Below, in pieces: positions 8,717 through 17,720 of a stretch of 39,868 nucleotides of DNA. The DNA is taken from the UHGV virus genome UHGV-0231053; one strand, 5' to 3'. The first letter of the stretch is position 1. Each line of letters begins with the position of its first letter. The DNA is from a virus. The position numbers and the translations under genes are program-made. The notes under the pieces are model-generated. The model did no database searches. It was not told where the DNA came from and saw only the letters and a list, made by a program, of their open reading frames with translations.

Positions 8717-9460
8717 ATGGGAGAAAATATCTACAGTATTTTTATCCAGCGTGGAACTGCCAAGGTCCGCCTTCCAGTCAACCCTGCAAAACTCCCGGTA
8801 TCAAAAGAAGCGGATAACGGCGAATACAACGTTCTTGGTATCGGACCCATTATGGTTCCCCGTACTCCGAAGCTGCGTGAAGTAACGATTTCCAGCTGGT
8901 TTCCCGGAAGGCCCCTTTATGGAACCCAACTGTGGGACGGTTTCCATGCACCGGAATATTACATCAACTTTTTTCAGTCTGCAATGGATGAAAGAGCTGT
9001 CGTAGACTATATCCCTGTCCGAAGCTATGAAAACGGAGAGCCGTTTGCGACAACTCTGTCCGGCTTTTCTGCGCTGGTCACCCAGTTCAACACAGAGGAG
9101 CGGGGCGGGGAGACCGGGGATTTCTACTACGACCTGACATTGACCGAGTACCGGGATTACACGCCGGGCGTCATTCAGGTGCAGCCCCAGGGCGGCGGAA
9201 CGCCTGCGGTGGCGACCACGGAGCCGTCCCGGGACATCCCGCAGGGGCAGCTGGTGGTGGGGACCACGTGCATTGCAAACGGTCCCTATTACTACACCAG
9301 CTACGGCGACGAGCCCCACGGAAACGGCAATGGCCGGACGGTGGTGGTGTCCCGGATCGTGGACGCCGCCCGGGCTTATCCCATCCATGTGACCACGGAG
9401 AGCGGCGGGGCGCTTGGATGGATGAAGAGGGAGGCGCTGCAGGTGGTGAGCAACACATGA
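8717..9460 (+). CDS. XkdP-like tail tube initiator/baseplate protein with a C-terminal SH3-like domain
   Basis: RLPVNP..GETGDFYYDLTLTEYR motifs; AGGAGG RBS before ATG 8717. Confidence 0.75.
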   Translation: MGENIYSIFIQRGTAKVRLPVNPAKLPVSKEADNGEYNVLGIGPIMVPRTPKLREVTISSWFPGRPLYGTQLWDGFHAPEYYINFFQSAMDERAVVDYIPVRSYENGEPFATTLSGFSALVTQFNTEERGGETGDFYYDLTLTEYRDYTPGVIQVQPQGGGTPAVATTEPSRDIPQGQLVVGTTCIANGPYYYTSYGDEPHGNGNGRTVVVSRIVDAARAYPIHVTTESGGALGWMKREALQVVSNT

Positions 9461-10425
9461 AATGCGAGCTGCTGATCGCCAACAAGCGCAGCGGGAAGGT
9501 TTGGGACGTGGTGAACTGCACCCAGACCGCCTCCTGGACCACCAACCGGACCGGGAGCCCCGGGACCTTCAAGTTCACCCTGAACAAGTGCGCGGACATC
9601 GCCTTTCTGGAGGGCGACGTGGTGCGGTTCTCCGTGGATGGGGAATTGCAGTTCTACGGCTGGGTATTCACGAAGGTCAAAAACCGCTGGGACGAGATCG
9701 AGGTCACCTGCTATGACCGGCTGCGGTACCTGAAGGCCAACGCCTCCTATGCCTTCTATGATTACAAGGTGGGGGACATGATTCGGCAGATCGCCGCGGA
9801 CTTTCAGCTGGATGTGGGCGCTGTGGCGGACACCGGATACGCCATCCCATCCTTCATCAAGGAGGACGAGACGGTGCTGGACATGATCGGCGAGGCGGTG
9901 CAGCAGACGCTGCTCAACACCGGGAACATCTATGTGTTTTTCGACGATGGGAACGGGCTGGCTTTGCGGCGGCCGGAGGACATGATCTCCCCAGTGGTGA
10001 TCGGGGAGCGGTCCCTGCTGACGGAGTACGAGTACAAGACCGACATCGACGAGCAGACGTACAACTCCGTGAAGCTGGCCCGGCCCAACGAGGAGACCGG
10101 ACGGTGGGAGGTGGTGATCGCGGAGGACTCCGCCAACATCGGACAGTGGGGGCTTTTGCAGCTGTATCAGACCGTGGACGAGGACGTGAACGACGCGCAG
10201 ATGCGCGCCCAAGCGCAGGCGTCCCTGGCGTACTACAACCGGCGGATGCGGACGGTCAAGGTGAATTCTCTGGGCGTCCCGGGCCTGCGGGCGGGACAGA
10301 TGGTCTTGATGAAAGTCCCGGGCCTGGGCGACATCAACCTGGACCAGTATGTGCTGCTGGAGCAGGTGACCCACACCTGGGAGAACGACGTACACACCAT
10401 GGAATTTGAGACGATGGCGATTTGA
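9457..10425 (+). CDS. Baseplate hub protein (XkdQ-like)
   Basis: CYDRLRYLK..TYNSVKL..WGLLQ..GLRAG..VTHTW motifs. Confidence 0.85.
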   Translation: MKCELLIANKRSGKVWDVVNCTQTASWTTNRTGSPGTFKFTLNKCADIAFLEGDVVRFSVDGELQFYGWVFTKVKNRWDEIEVTCYDRLRYLKANASYAFYDYKVGDMIRQIAADFQLDVGAVADTGYAIPSFIKEDETVLDMIGEAVQQTLLNTGNIYVFFDDGNGLALRRPEDMISPVVIGERSLLTEYEYKTDIDEQTYNSVKLARPNEETGRWEVVIAEDSANIGQWGLLQLYQTVDEDVNDAQMRAQAQASLAYYNRRMRTVKVNSLGVPGLRAGQMVLMKVPGLGDINLDQYVLLEQVTHTWENDVHTMEFETMAI

Positions 10426-10427
10426 GT

Positions 10428-10841
10428 ATGGAACTGAGAGATGTTTTGCAACAGATGATCCAGGAGAACACCCGGGCGGGGCAGCCCACGGACCTGCGGA
10501 TCGGGACCGTGACGAAGGCAGACCCGCTGGAGATCACCATCAACACCCAGATGGCCCCGCTGCGGGCGGGGGTGCTGCTGCTGACGGAGTGTGTGGTGGA
10601 GAAGAAGATTCCCATTTTGCAGCACACCCACGAGATACACGATACGGCCACTGGCGGGGGCAGCTGTGACCCGGCGCTGCTGGAGAGCCAGATTATCTGT
10701 CAGGAGTTCGGACAGGCCCTGCCGGTGGAAAACGGTTATATCATCCTGAACCGCGCGTTAGCGGTGGGGGATGAGGTGATTTTACTCCGGGTGCAGAACG
10801 GACAGAGGTTCATCGTGCTGTCCCGCGTCTTTAAGGGGTGA
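10428..10841 (+). CDS. Baseplate spike-like protein (XkdR/DUF2577-like)
   Basis: GTVTKADPLEI..HTH..LAVGDEVILLRVQNGQRFIVL. Confidence 0.8.
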   Translation: MELRDVLQQMIQENTRAGQPTDLRIGTVTKADPLEITINTQMAPLRAGVLLLTECVVEKKIPILQHTHEIHDTATGGGSCDPALLESQIICQEFGQALPVENGYIILNRALAVGDEVILLRVQNGQRFIVLSRVFKG

Positions 10842-10845
10842 GAGA

Positions 10846-11256
10846 ATGCCGACATTACCGACGAGTTCGATTGACATTTCCGCCGGCGTGACCTTCCAGC
10901 AGCAGCCCTCCCGGACGTGGTACATCAACAGGGAGACCCGGAGAATACAGGGAGAGGTGGACGGACTGGCAGCCGTCCGGCAGGCGGTGGAGATCATTCT
11001 GAACGTGGAGCGGTTCCGCTGGCAGATTTACCGGCCCTACTCCGGGATGCAGTGGGAGGGGCTGATCGGCCAGGACCCGGGGTATGTGGCGTCCGAATTG
11101 CAGCGCCGGATCACCGCAGCCCTGACCATGGACGACCGGGTCCGGGGGATTTCCGGCTTTACCTATACTGCGGCCGGGAACACTCTGTCGGCCGCCTTCA
11201 CGGTGAACACCGTATATGGCGATACTCAGACCAGCGTGGAGGTGAACCTGAATTGA
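10846..11256 (+). CDS. Baseplate wedge protein (XkdS/DUF2634-like)
   Basis: DGLAAVRQAV..ERFRWQIY..DDRV..TVYGD. Confidence 0.85.
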   Translation: MPTLPTSSIDISAGVTFQQQPSRTWYINRETRRIQGEVDGLAAVRQAVEIILNVERFRWQIYRPYSGMQWEGLIGQDPGYVASELQRRITAALTMDDRVRGISGFTYTAAGNTLSAAFTVNTVYGDTQTSVEVNLN

Positions 11257-12392
11257 TCGATTTTACGCAATACACCTATCAAAATCTGCTGCAGACCATG
11301 CTGGACCGGGTGCCGGACACCTACGACAAGCGGGACACGGCCCCCATCCCCACGGCCCTGGGCCCGACGGCCTTTGTGATGGAGGGGTTTTATCTCTCCC
11401 TGGACCAGGTGCAGCGGCAGGCGTTTGTGCAGACGGCCTCCGGACAGTCTCTGGATGATCTGGCGGTGATTGCGGGCCTGACGAGATACCCCGCTTCTGC
11501 TGCGGTGCGGCTGGGCGTGTTCAACGCCGCTGTGGCGATTGGCGCACGGTTCTCCACCATCAACGGGGAGAACTCCATCAACTTCATTGTGACGGCCGCA
11601 GACACCCCGGAGGACCCGGAGGAGGGATTCCACTATTACCAGCTGACGGCGGAGACGGCGGGGACCATCGGCAACGAGTACACCGGGCCGATTCTGCCCA
11701 TCACCGCCATTCCCGGCCTCACCAGCGCCCAGATTACGGACATTCTGGTGCCGGGGGACGACACGGAGACGGACGAATCGTTCCGGGAGCGGATCGTCGA
11801 GGCCCTGAATGAGCGGCCCTTCGGCGGGAATATCGCCGCGTACAAGCAATATGTGGGCGGCCTGGACGGCGTTGGCAGCGTGCAGGTGTACCCCACCTGG
11901 AACGGCGGGGGGACGGTGAAGCTGTCTGTCCTGGGGGCGGACTGGCTTCCTGCTTCGTCTACTCTGGTGGAGAATGTGCAGAAGGCCGTGGACCCGCCCC
12001 CCAACCAGGGGCTGGGTCTGGGCATGGCCCCCATCGGGGCGCAGGTGACGGTGGTGGCTCCCACAGAGCTGACGGTGAACGTCTCCGCCACGGTGACGCT
12101 GGCCTCCGGCTATGAGATCGGGCAGGTGCAGCAGCCCATTGAGGACGCCATCGAGGCGTATTTGCTGACAGTGCGGCAGGCGTGGGACACCAACACCAGC
12201 ACCACCAGCGTGGTGTATGAGGCCAACGTGTACCTTGCGAGAATTACCGCGGCCATTGTAGGCGTTACCGGCGTGGTGAATGCCACGAATGTACAGCTGA
12301 ATGGCGGGACAGCGGATTTGATTCTGACGGAGAGCGGCGCCACCCAGCAGGTGCCCGTGATGGGGACGGTGAGTCTAAGTGCCGGAACTTGA
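11253..12392 (+). CDS. Baseplate J/gp47 protein (XkdT-like)
   Basis: AETAGTIGN..GDDTETDESFRER..PFGGNIAAY..WNGGGTV; probable TTG start at 11253 after GGAGGTG. Confidence 0.9.
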   Translation: MIDFTQYTYQNLLQTMLDRVPDTYDKRDTAPIPTALGPTAFVMEGFYLSLDQVQRQAFVQTASGQSLDDLAVIAGLTRYPASAAVRLGVFNAAVAIGARFSTINGENSINFIVTAADTPEDPEEGFHYYQLTAETAGTIGNEYTGPILPITAIPGLTSAQITDILVPGDDTETDESFRERIVEALNERPFGGNIAAYKQYVGGLDGVGSVQVYPTWNGGGTVKLSVLGADWLPASSTLVENVQKAVDPPPNQGLGLGMAPIGAQVTVVAPTELTVNVSATVTLASGYEIGQVQQPIEDAIEAYLLTVRQAWDTNTSTTSVVYEANVYLARITAAIVGVTGVVNATNVQLNGGTADLILTESGATQQVPVMGTVSLSAGT

Positions 12393-13281
12393 TTATGAGA
12401 TGTTGAAGCTGCTGCCACCCTGGTATCGGGAAATTCTGGACTACCGGGAAATCTGCCGGACGGAGGAGGCGCAGCTGGAAGCTCTGGCGGGGGAGATCAC
12501 GTCCGTGGCGGACAATTTCTTCTTCCAGACCATGGACCTGTCCGCGATTGAGATGTGGGAGCGGATTTTCAGCATTGTACCCAATCCTCAGACGGAGGAT
12601 GCGGAGTTCCGGCGATACCGGGTACTGAACCGCATCACCACGAAGCCGCCGTACACACTGGGGTTTCTGTATCAGAAGCTGGACGAGCTGATCGGGCCGG
12701 GGCTGTGGGAAGTCCATGTGGACTATCCCAACTACACCCTGTACATCGAGAGCAGCGCCCAGAACCAGAACTATGCCACGGAGGTGGCCTTCACCATCAA
12801 CCGGATCAAGCCCGCCCACATCGTCTATGTGAACACGCCCTTCATCCGGAGCGGGCTTCTCCTGAGCGAGCAGATCGAGCGGCTCATTCGGACGTACAAC
12901 TACAAGCTGGGTTCGTGGGCGCTGGGGGCGCTGCCCTTTGCCACGGACGGCGAAAACGAGGTGGTTAAATTGCCGGAGACTCCATCCATTCAACAGGCCC
13001 TTTTGACGGGCGTGGCCGATTTTGTCAGCGGCGACGTGGCCTCTGCCAGAATCAACGGGACGATCTCCATTACAGACTTGTCAAAGAGCGTGTCGGGAAA
13101 TGTCCTGACGATCACATACACAGTGGCGGCGGCCCAGACTGCGGAGATCACCTCCGTGGAGCTGCTGGACGGGGAGGGGAATGTGCTGACGGCCTCCCAG
13201 GTCTATGTGCCGGTAGGGGGCGCAGTGGTCATGAAGCATACAATTCCGGTTTCGGAAGGAGTGGTGAACAATGGCGGATAA
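12379..13281 (+). CDS. Baseplate protein (XkdU/YmfQ DUF2313-like)
   Basis: LLPPWY..WERIF..RIKPAHI motifs. Confidence 0.8.
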   Translation: MPELDYEMLKLLPPWYREILDYREICRTEEAQLEALAGEITSVADNFFFQTMDLSAIEMWERIFSIVPNPQTEDAEFRRYRVLNRITTKPPYTLGFLYQKLDELIGPGLWEVHVDYPNYTLYIESSAQNQNYATEVAFTINRIKPAHIVYVNTPFIRSGLLLSEQIERLIRTYNYKLGSWALGALPFATDGENEVVKLPETPSIQQALLTGVADFVSGDVASARINGTISITDLSKSVSGNVLTITYTVAAAQTAEITSVELLDGEGNVLTASQVYVPVGGAVVMKHTIPVSEGVVNNGG

Positions 13282-14077
13282 TCCGATTACAGTCAATCTT
13301 CCGGCTGATCTGCCGGAGGACTGGGTGGAAAACCAGATTGTGGCCCCGGAGGGGCAGAGCGTGGGGCTGAGTCAGCAGCACGGGTACAACTACCTGATGG
13401 AGCAGGTGAACAACGCCCAGACGGCGGCGAATGAGATCGGGGCGGCGTTTGCCGGGCTGGCTCCCGGCGGGTTTGGGCTGGGCACAGTTGCTGTTAACAT
13501 TTCGGACCTGAATGATGCCACAAAAAACGGATGGTACATGAATGGTGCGGGTGGGGAGGCCGTACACGCTCCGGACAATGTTCCTGGTTGGCTTGTACTG
13601 GTGTGCGCATACGCTGATGAGATTGTGTTTCAAACTGCATATCGCTACGGGAGTGACGAGGGCCTGATAAGCGCTCGGCGAGCCCATCACAATCTTTTGG
13701 GGGGGTGGCAGCCTTGGGAGTGGGTCAATCCCCCCATGCAGTTAGGCGTCGAGTACCGCACCACTGAGCGGTACAGCAACAAACCTGTGTTTGTGATGGC
13801 CGTGGATGGCGGGGTGTTCCCGGACAGCTCGTCAAAGACGATTGACGTCCAAATCCCGGATACCAGCGGCCGGGTAAAGATGCTTGATTGCTATGGCGTA
13901 TTGGACAACGGAACGCAAATTCCGGGTCTTTTTGGAGAATCTGTTTTCAACGCATCAAACTATCTTGGTCTGTTTACACAAAACGGGAATGGGAAGTTCA
14001 CAATTTCGGTCGGGTCTGGCCGTACAGTCGGATTAAACTTCACCTTATTCTTGAAATACTGGAAGGAGGGCACATGA
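13271..14077 (+). CDS. Tail fibre / receptor-binding protein
   Basis: Follows baseplate; DLNDATKNGWY and WQPWEW fibre motifs; AT-richer variable C-terminus. Confidence 0.75.
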   Translation: MADNPITVNLPADLPEDWVENQIVAPEGQSVGLSQQHGYNYLMEQVNNAQTAANEIGAAFAGLAPGGFGLGTVAVNISDLNDATKNGWYMNGAGGEAVHAPDNVPGWLVLVCAYADEIVFQTAYRYGSDEGLISARRAHHNLLGGWQPWEWVNPPMQLGVEYRTTERYSNKPVFVMAVDGGVFPDSSSKTIDVQIPDTSGRVKMLDCYGVLDNGTQIPGLFGESVFNASNYLGLFTQNGNGKFTISVGSGRTVGLNFTLFLKYWKEGT

Positions 14078-14325
14078 AGATCATCAAATATCAGCTGGCG
14101 ACAGAGATCAATCACGGCACTCCTGAGGAGCCGGACATCGAGACGGTGCTCTCCGGTGTTACAATGCCTTACACAAATGCAAATTATGCCATCGCTCAGG
14201 CGGAGGCGTATCAAGGGCAGATTACCGTGGAAGACGATGGACAGCCGGAGCCGGAACCTGAACCGGAGTATATGACCTATGCGGAGCTTGCAAAAGCAAT
14301 CAGAGAGGGCGTGAACGCGGTATGA
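14074..14325 (+). CDS. Hypothetical protein (tail-fibre associated)
   Basis: GGAGGG RBS, ATGA overlap, PEPEPE linker. Confidence 0.7.
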   Translation: MKIIKYQLATEINHGTPEEPDIETVLSGVTMPYTNANYAIAQAEAYQGQITVEDDGQPEPEPEPEYMTYAELAKAIREGVNAV

Positions 14326-14783
14326 CGGACAAGCAGTTTGTACTTACCACCATGCGGGATACCGGGCTTGCGAGGGCACAGACCCTCCAGGCCCAGGCCC
14401 CAGAGATGACCGGGACGGAGCTGTATGCAGAAGAGGACTACATACCAAACTTTCAGGCGTCGTGTGCCTTGAAGAACATGCTGGAGCGGGAAGCGGGCTT
14501 TGTGTGCCGCTCCACCGCTGGCCGTGTTGTGCGCCTCCTCCAGCCCTATGACAGCACCATCTACACCCAGGAGCCGGAGGATCTGCCCGCACAGTGGGGA
14601 TTTGTATGGAGTACAGACCCGGCCAAGGCCCTGCCGTTTATCGCACTCGCTACCAGCCCGTACAATACCGGCGACTGCTGCACCTATGACGGCCATGTCT
14701 GGCGCTCCGGCCAGGACGGCAATGTCTGGGAGCCCGGCAGCGTTGGAGTTGACTGGGAAGACTTGGGGGAGGTGTCCATGTGA
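14322..14783 (+). CDS. Hypothetical protein with a C-terminal ChiC/CBM5-12-like aromatic motif
   Basis: YNTGDCCTYDGHVWRS..NVWEPG..WE. Confidence 0.65.
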   Translation: MTDKQFVLTTMRDTGLARAQTLQAQAPEMTGTELYAEEDYIPNFQASCALKNMLEREAGFVCRSTAGRVVRLLQPYDSTIYTQEPEDLPAQWGFVWSTDPAKALPFIALATSPYNTGDCCTYDGHVWRSGQDGNVWEPGSVGVDWEDLGEVSM

Positions 14784-15088
14784 CGGGAATTGTGCAGATT
14801 GTTGTAGCCTGCTTGGGGTCATCCGGACTGACAGCCATTGTTCTTGCGTTATTGCAAAGGAAATGGGCATGTCAAGATCGCCAGGACGCTATCGTGGCTG
14901 GACTGAAGGTGTTGACTGTTGACCGGGTGCGGTATTTGGGCAGAAGTTATATCAACGCACACAGCATCAGCCTGGAAGATAAGGAGAATTTGCAGGATAT
15001 GTACCGGGCATATAAGTCGCTAGGCGGAAATGGGCACCTAGAAACTGTTATGGCTGAGATTGAGCGCCTACCGGTACAAGATGAGTAA
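14780..15088 (+). CDS. Holin-associated membrane protein
   Basis: N-terminal hydrophobic helix; MYRAYKSLGGNG motif common in Firmicute phage lysis modules. Confidence 0.65.
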   Translation: MTGIVQIVVACLGSSGLTAIVLALLQRKWACQDRQDAIVAGLKVLTVDRVRYLGRSYINAHSISLEDKENLQDMYRAYKSLGGNGHLETVMAEIERLPVQDE

Positions 15089-15125
15089 TCAACCGGCAAT
15101 GCCGGAAATTTGAAAGGAGATACAT

Positions 15126-15464
15126 ATGAAGACCATCGAAGAGATCATCCTGGACTACACCAAGGGCGAGAAGGACCTGACGGAGACCAACGAGGCCCTG
15201 AAGGAGGCGGGCAGCAACCTGCTCCTGAACCCCGACCGGAACAAGCTGACGGAGGAAGAGAAGCGCAGCACCACCGTGGGATATTACCCAGACCAGGCCA
15301 CCGGCTACGGCCTGATGGATCACGGCGTGGGCTGCATGGAGAAGGTCCATGTGGTGAACGGCAAGACCGTCGACGTGAATATGGGCGCTGAGGCCGCCTA
15401 TGTGTACATCGCAGGGAAGAGGTACGAGCTGAAGGGTGATACCCTGGCAGAGCCGGAGGGCTGA
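15126..15464 (+). CDS. Hypothetical protein
   Basis: AAAGGAGA RBS, 112 aa, codon usage like neighbouring phage genes. Confidence 0.75.
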   Translation: MKTIEEIILDYTKGEKDLTETNEALKEAGSNLLLNPDRNKLTEEEKRSTTVGYYPDQATGYGLMDHGVGCMEKVHVVNGKTVDVNMGAEAAYVYIAGKRYELKGDTLAEPEG

Positions 15465-15465
15465 T

Positions 15466-15669
15466 ATGGAGACACTGCAAAAGCGTCTGGCAAACCTTCT
15501 GACGGTGAAATCCATCGTCACCATCGTTTTGACGGCGGTGTTCGCCTACCTGACCTGCACCGGCGGAGTAACCGCTGAACAGTTCCTCACCGTGTTCACG
15601 GTAGTCATCGCCTTCTACTTCGGTACACAGGCGGAGAAGCGGACGCAGCAGCGTGGTGATACCCAGTGA
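15466..15669 (+). CDS. Holin
   Basis: Two transmembrane segments, VKSIVT and IAFYFG motifs; directly before the amidase. Confidence 0.8.
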   Translation: METLQKRLANLLTVKSIVTIVLTAVFAYLTCTGGVTAEQFLTVFTVVIAFYFGTQAEKRTQQRGDTQ

Positions 15670-16391
15670 GCTACATTCTGAAAGAGCAGCTGGCGGCGTC
15701 CGGGAACTATGGCGGTTCCCGGAACGCCAGCCAAATCCGGTATCTGGTGTACCACTACACCGGAAATGACGGGGACACGGCGGCGAACAATGCCACTTAT
15801 TTCCAGCGGAAAATTGTCAAGGCCAGCGCCCACTACTTTGTGGACGATACAACGGTGTATCGGTCCGTCCCCGAGCTGAAGATTGCGTGGTCCGTCGGCG
15901 GCAGCAAGTACGCCAATGCTGACAAGACTGGCGGCGGCACCATGTACGGTGTTATCACCAACACCAACTCCATCAGCATTGAGATGTGCGACACCATCCG
16001 GAACGGTGTTTATCAGGCCAGCGAGGCCACGCTTGCCAACGCAGCGGAGCTGGGGCGGGAGCTGATGGAGAAGTATGGCATCCCCATTGAGAACGTGTAC
16101 CGTCACTTTGATGTGACAGGGAAGCACTGCCCAAGCTATCTTATCAATGCTCAGAAATGGGCGGAGTTCAAGAAGAGATTGGAGGATGACATGGACATTG
16201 AAGCACTGACAGATGGCCAGCTGATCCGGCTGGCTGAGCGGATACAGGCGGCGCTGGGCAAGCGGCCGCTGGGGGAGACCTTGGCACCGGAGCTGCAGGA
16301 AGCTGTTGCGGCCGGGATCACGGACGGTAGCAATCCGAATGCGTTTTGCACGAGAGCCCAGGCGGCCGTGATGGTCAAACGGGCGAAGTAA
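15666..16391 (+). CDS. Endolysin, N-acetylmuramoyl-L-alanine amidase (Amidase_2) with an SLH-like C-terminus
   Basis: YHYTGN..ASAHYFVD..SISIEMC..RHFDVTGKHCP; C-terminal GITDG..TRAQAAVM. Confidence 0.92.
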   Translation: MSYILKEQLAASGNYGGSRNASQIRYLVYHYTGNDGDTAANNATYFQRKIVKASAHYFVDDTTVYRSVPELKIAWSVGGSKYANADKTGGGTMYGVITNTNSISIEMCDTIRNGVYQASEATLANAAELGRELMEKYGIPIENVYRHFDVTGKHCPSYLINAQKWAEFKKRLEDDMDIEALTDGQLIRLAERIQAALGKRPLGETLAPELQEAVAAGITDGSNPNAFCTRAQAAVMVKRAK

Positions 16392-16412
16392 TTGCACACG
16401 AAATTGCACACG
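16390..16412 (+). repeat. attP left arm-type repeats
   Basis: Tandem AATTGCACACG/AAATTGCACACG. Confidence 0.75.
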
Positions 16413-16459
16413 GTCGTATATACTACATTGAGGCTCTAATATTATAGCGATTTCATTAT

Positions 16460-16486
16460 GGGGTTCAACTCCCCTCACCTCCACCA
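16460..16486 (+). other. attP core: 3' end of tmRNA (ssrA) or tRNA-Ala
   Basis: GGGG-TTCAACT-CCCC-T-CACCTCC-ACCA: T-arm plus Ala-type acceptor 3' strand with CCA; no 5' half upstream; next to integrase. Confidence 0.8.
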
Positions 16487-16487
16487 G

Positions 16488-16525
16488 TCCCACATCCTTT
16501 GATTTTCAAGGGATGTGGGATTTTT
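16488..16525 (+). terminator. Intrinsic terminator after the att core
   Basis: TCCCACATCCTT...AGGGATGTGGGA hairpin followed by TTTTT. Confidence 0.8.
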
Positions 16526-16599
16526 CCTTACTCTCTCAACGGTTTGCTGCGGGCATCATAGGCTATGTTAAAGCCTTTACTAACGTTTCCTTTACCGCT

Positions 16600-16644
16600 G
16601 TGTGCAATGATTTTACACGTAAATTGCACACGAAATTGCACACG
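16600..16644 (+). repeat. attP right arm-type repeats
   Basis: Inverted GTGTGCAAT (16600-16608), a degenerate copy, then two direct AAATTGCACACG (16621-16644). Confidence 0.75.
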
Positions 16645-16654
16645 AAAAACCGGC

Positions 16655-17671
16655 TCAATCGTCCGGCATTAGGCTACCAATATAATTTTCTATTTTCTGA
16701 TCGTATTCAATTTCTTTTTCTTTGATGGTGTGCTGGTAGGTAGTCTTCAGCATGTTGTTTGTGGCGTGTCCAATGCGCTTCATGGAGTATTTATCCGGGA
16801 CGCCGACGGCCAGCATAGCGGAGGCATTGACGTGGCGGAGGTCGTGGAAACGGAAGTGTGGGACACCGCTTTTCTCGCAGATACGGGAGAACCCGGAATA
16901 GATGGATTTCCCGGTCATGTTGACAATGCGGTCTCCGCTGCGGGGCTGCCGGTCCAGCAGTTCCCGGATATAGGCCGGGATATGGAGCGGTCTCGTCCCG
17001 CTGTATGTTTTTGTGCCTTTTTGGGTGGGGCCATCCTCTCCCAAAACGATTGCCCGACGGATTTTCAGAGTGTCGCCATCAATGTCCCGCCATTCTAGAC
17101 CTAGTATCTCAGACTGCCGGAGGCCCAGCCAGACCGCCAGCATGATCGGCAGCTCGTACTTTGTGCCCCTGCACCCCTTCAGTATGGCCCGTATCTCTGC
17201 CTCTGATGGGATTTGTATTTCCGCTTTGACTTTACTTGGCAGCGTGGTCCGCAGCGTCACAGAGGGCCTGTACTCTTTCAGGACGGCGCTCAACAGGCCG
17301 TGGGCGTTCGCCACCGTCTTTGGGGAGTGGTCTTTCGCCAGCTGATTCACCCACCGCTGAATCTTTTCCTGGGTGAGATCGTTCAATTGGACACCGATGA
17401 TGTCCTTCATGCGCTTTTTCGTGCGCTTGTAACCCAGGACGGTAGACGGGGACAGGATAGAGGATTTGCTTTCGATGTAACGGTCTACAGCGGCGCCAAC
17501 GGTCATTTTCCATGGGGATCTGTTTTCCTCCATGATCTTTGTTTTCAGACCGGCGGCCCAGTATTCTGCCTCCTCCTTTGTGGGGAAGGTGCGCCCTACT
17601 CGTTTCCCGTCTACCAGCACCTGAATGCGCCAGTTTCCGGACGGGAGCTTCTTCGGCTCCGGCAGTCTCAT
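16655..17671 (-). CDS. int: Tyrosine integrase
   Basis: GLRQSEILGL, FHDLRH, IGH..TYQH catalytic motifs; AGGAGG RBS before ATG at 17671. Confidence 0.95.
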   Translation of the reverse strand: MRLPEPKKLPSGNWRIQVLVDGKRVGRTFPTKEEAEYWAAGLKTKIMEENRSPWKMTVGAAVDRYIESKSSILSPSTVLGYKRTKKRMKDIIGVQLNDLTQEKIQRWVNQLAKDHSPKTVANAHGLLSAVLKEYRPSVTLRTTLPSKVKAEIQIPSEAEIRAILKGCRGTKYELPIMLAVWLGLRQSEILGLEWRDIDGDTLKIRRAIVLGEDGPTQKGTKTYSGTRPLHIPAYIRELLDRQPRSGDRIVNMTGKSIYSGFSRICEKSGVPHFRFHDLRHVNASAMLAVGVPDKYSMKRIGHATNNMLKTTYQHTIKEKEIEYDQKIENYIGSLMPDD

Positions 17672-17720
17672 AAATACACCTCCTAAGAGTACGCCGCCAG
17701 GGGAGACCTGACGGCGGTTT

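Noticed and set aside
13271..14783. Diversity-generating retroelement or invertible tail-fibre switch
   Set aside because: No reverse transcriptase, invertase, TR/VR duplicate or flanking inverted repeats recognised
16460..16486. Complete tRNA or tmRNA gene
   Set aside because: Only the T-arm and 3' acceptor strand are present
16390..16644. AAATTGCACACG repeats as a mini-CRISPR array
   Set aside because: 12-nt tandem copies without spacers flanking the att core fit integrase arm sites; no cas genes
16513..16725. 70-aa ORF over attP
   Set aside because: Overlaps the terminator, arm repeats and integrase end; no RBS
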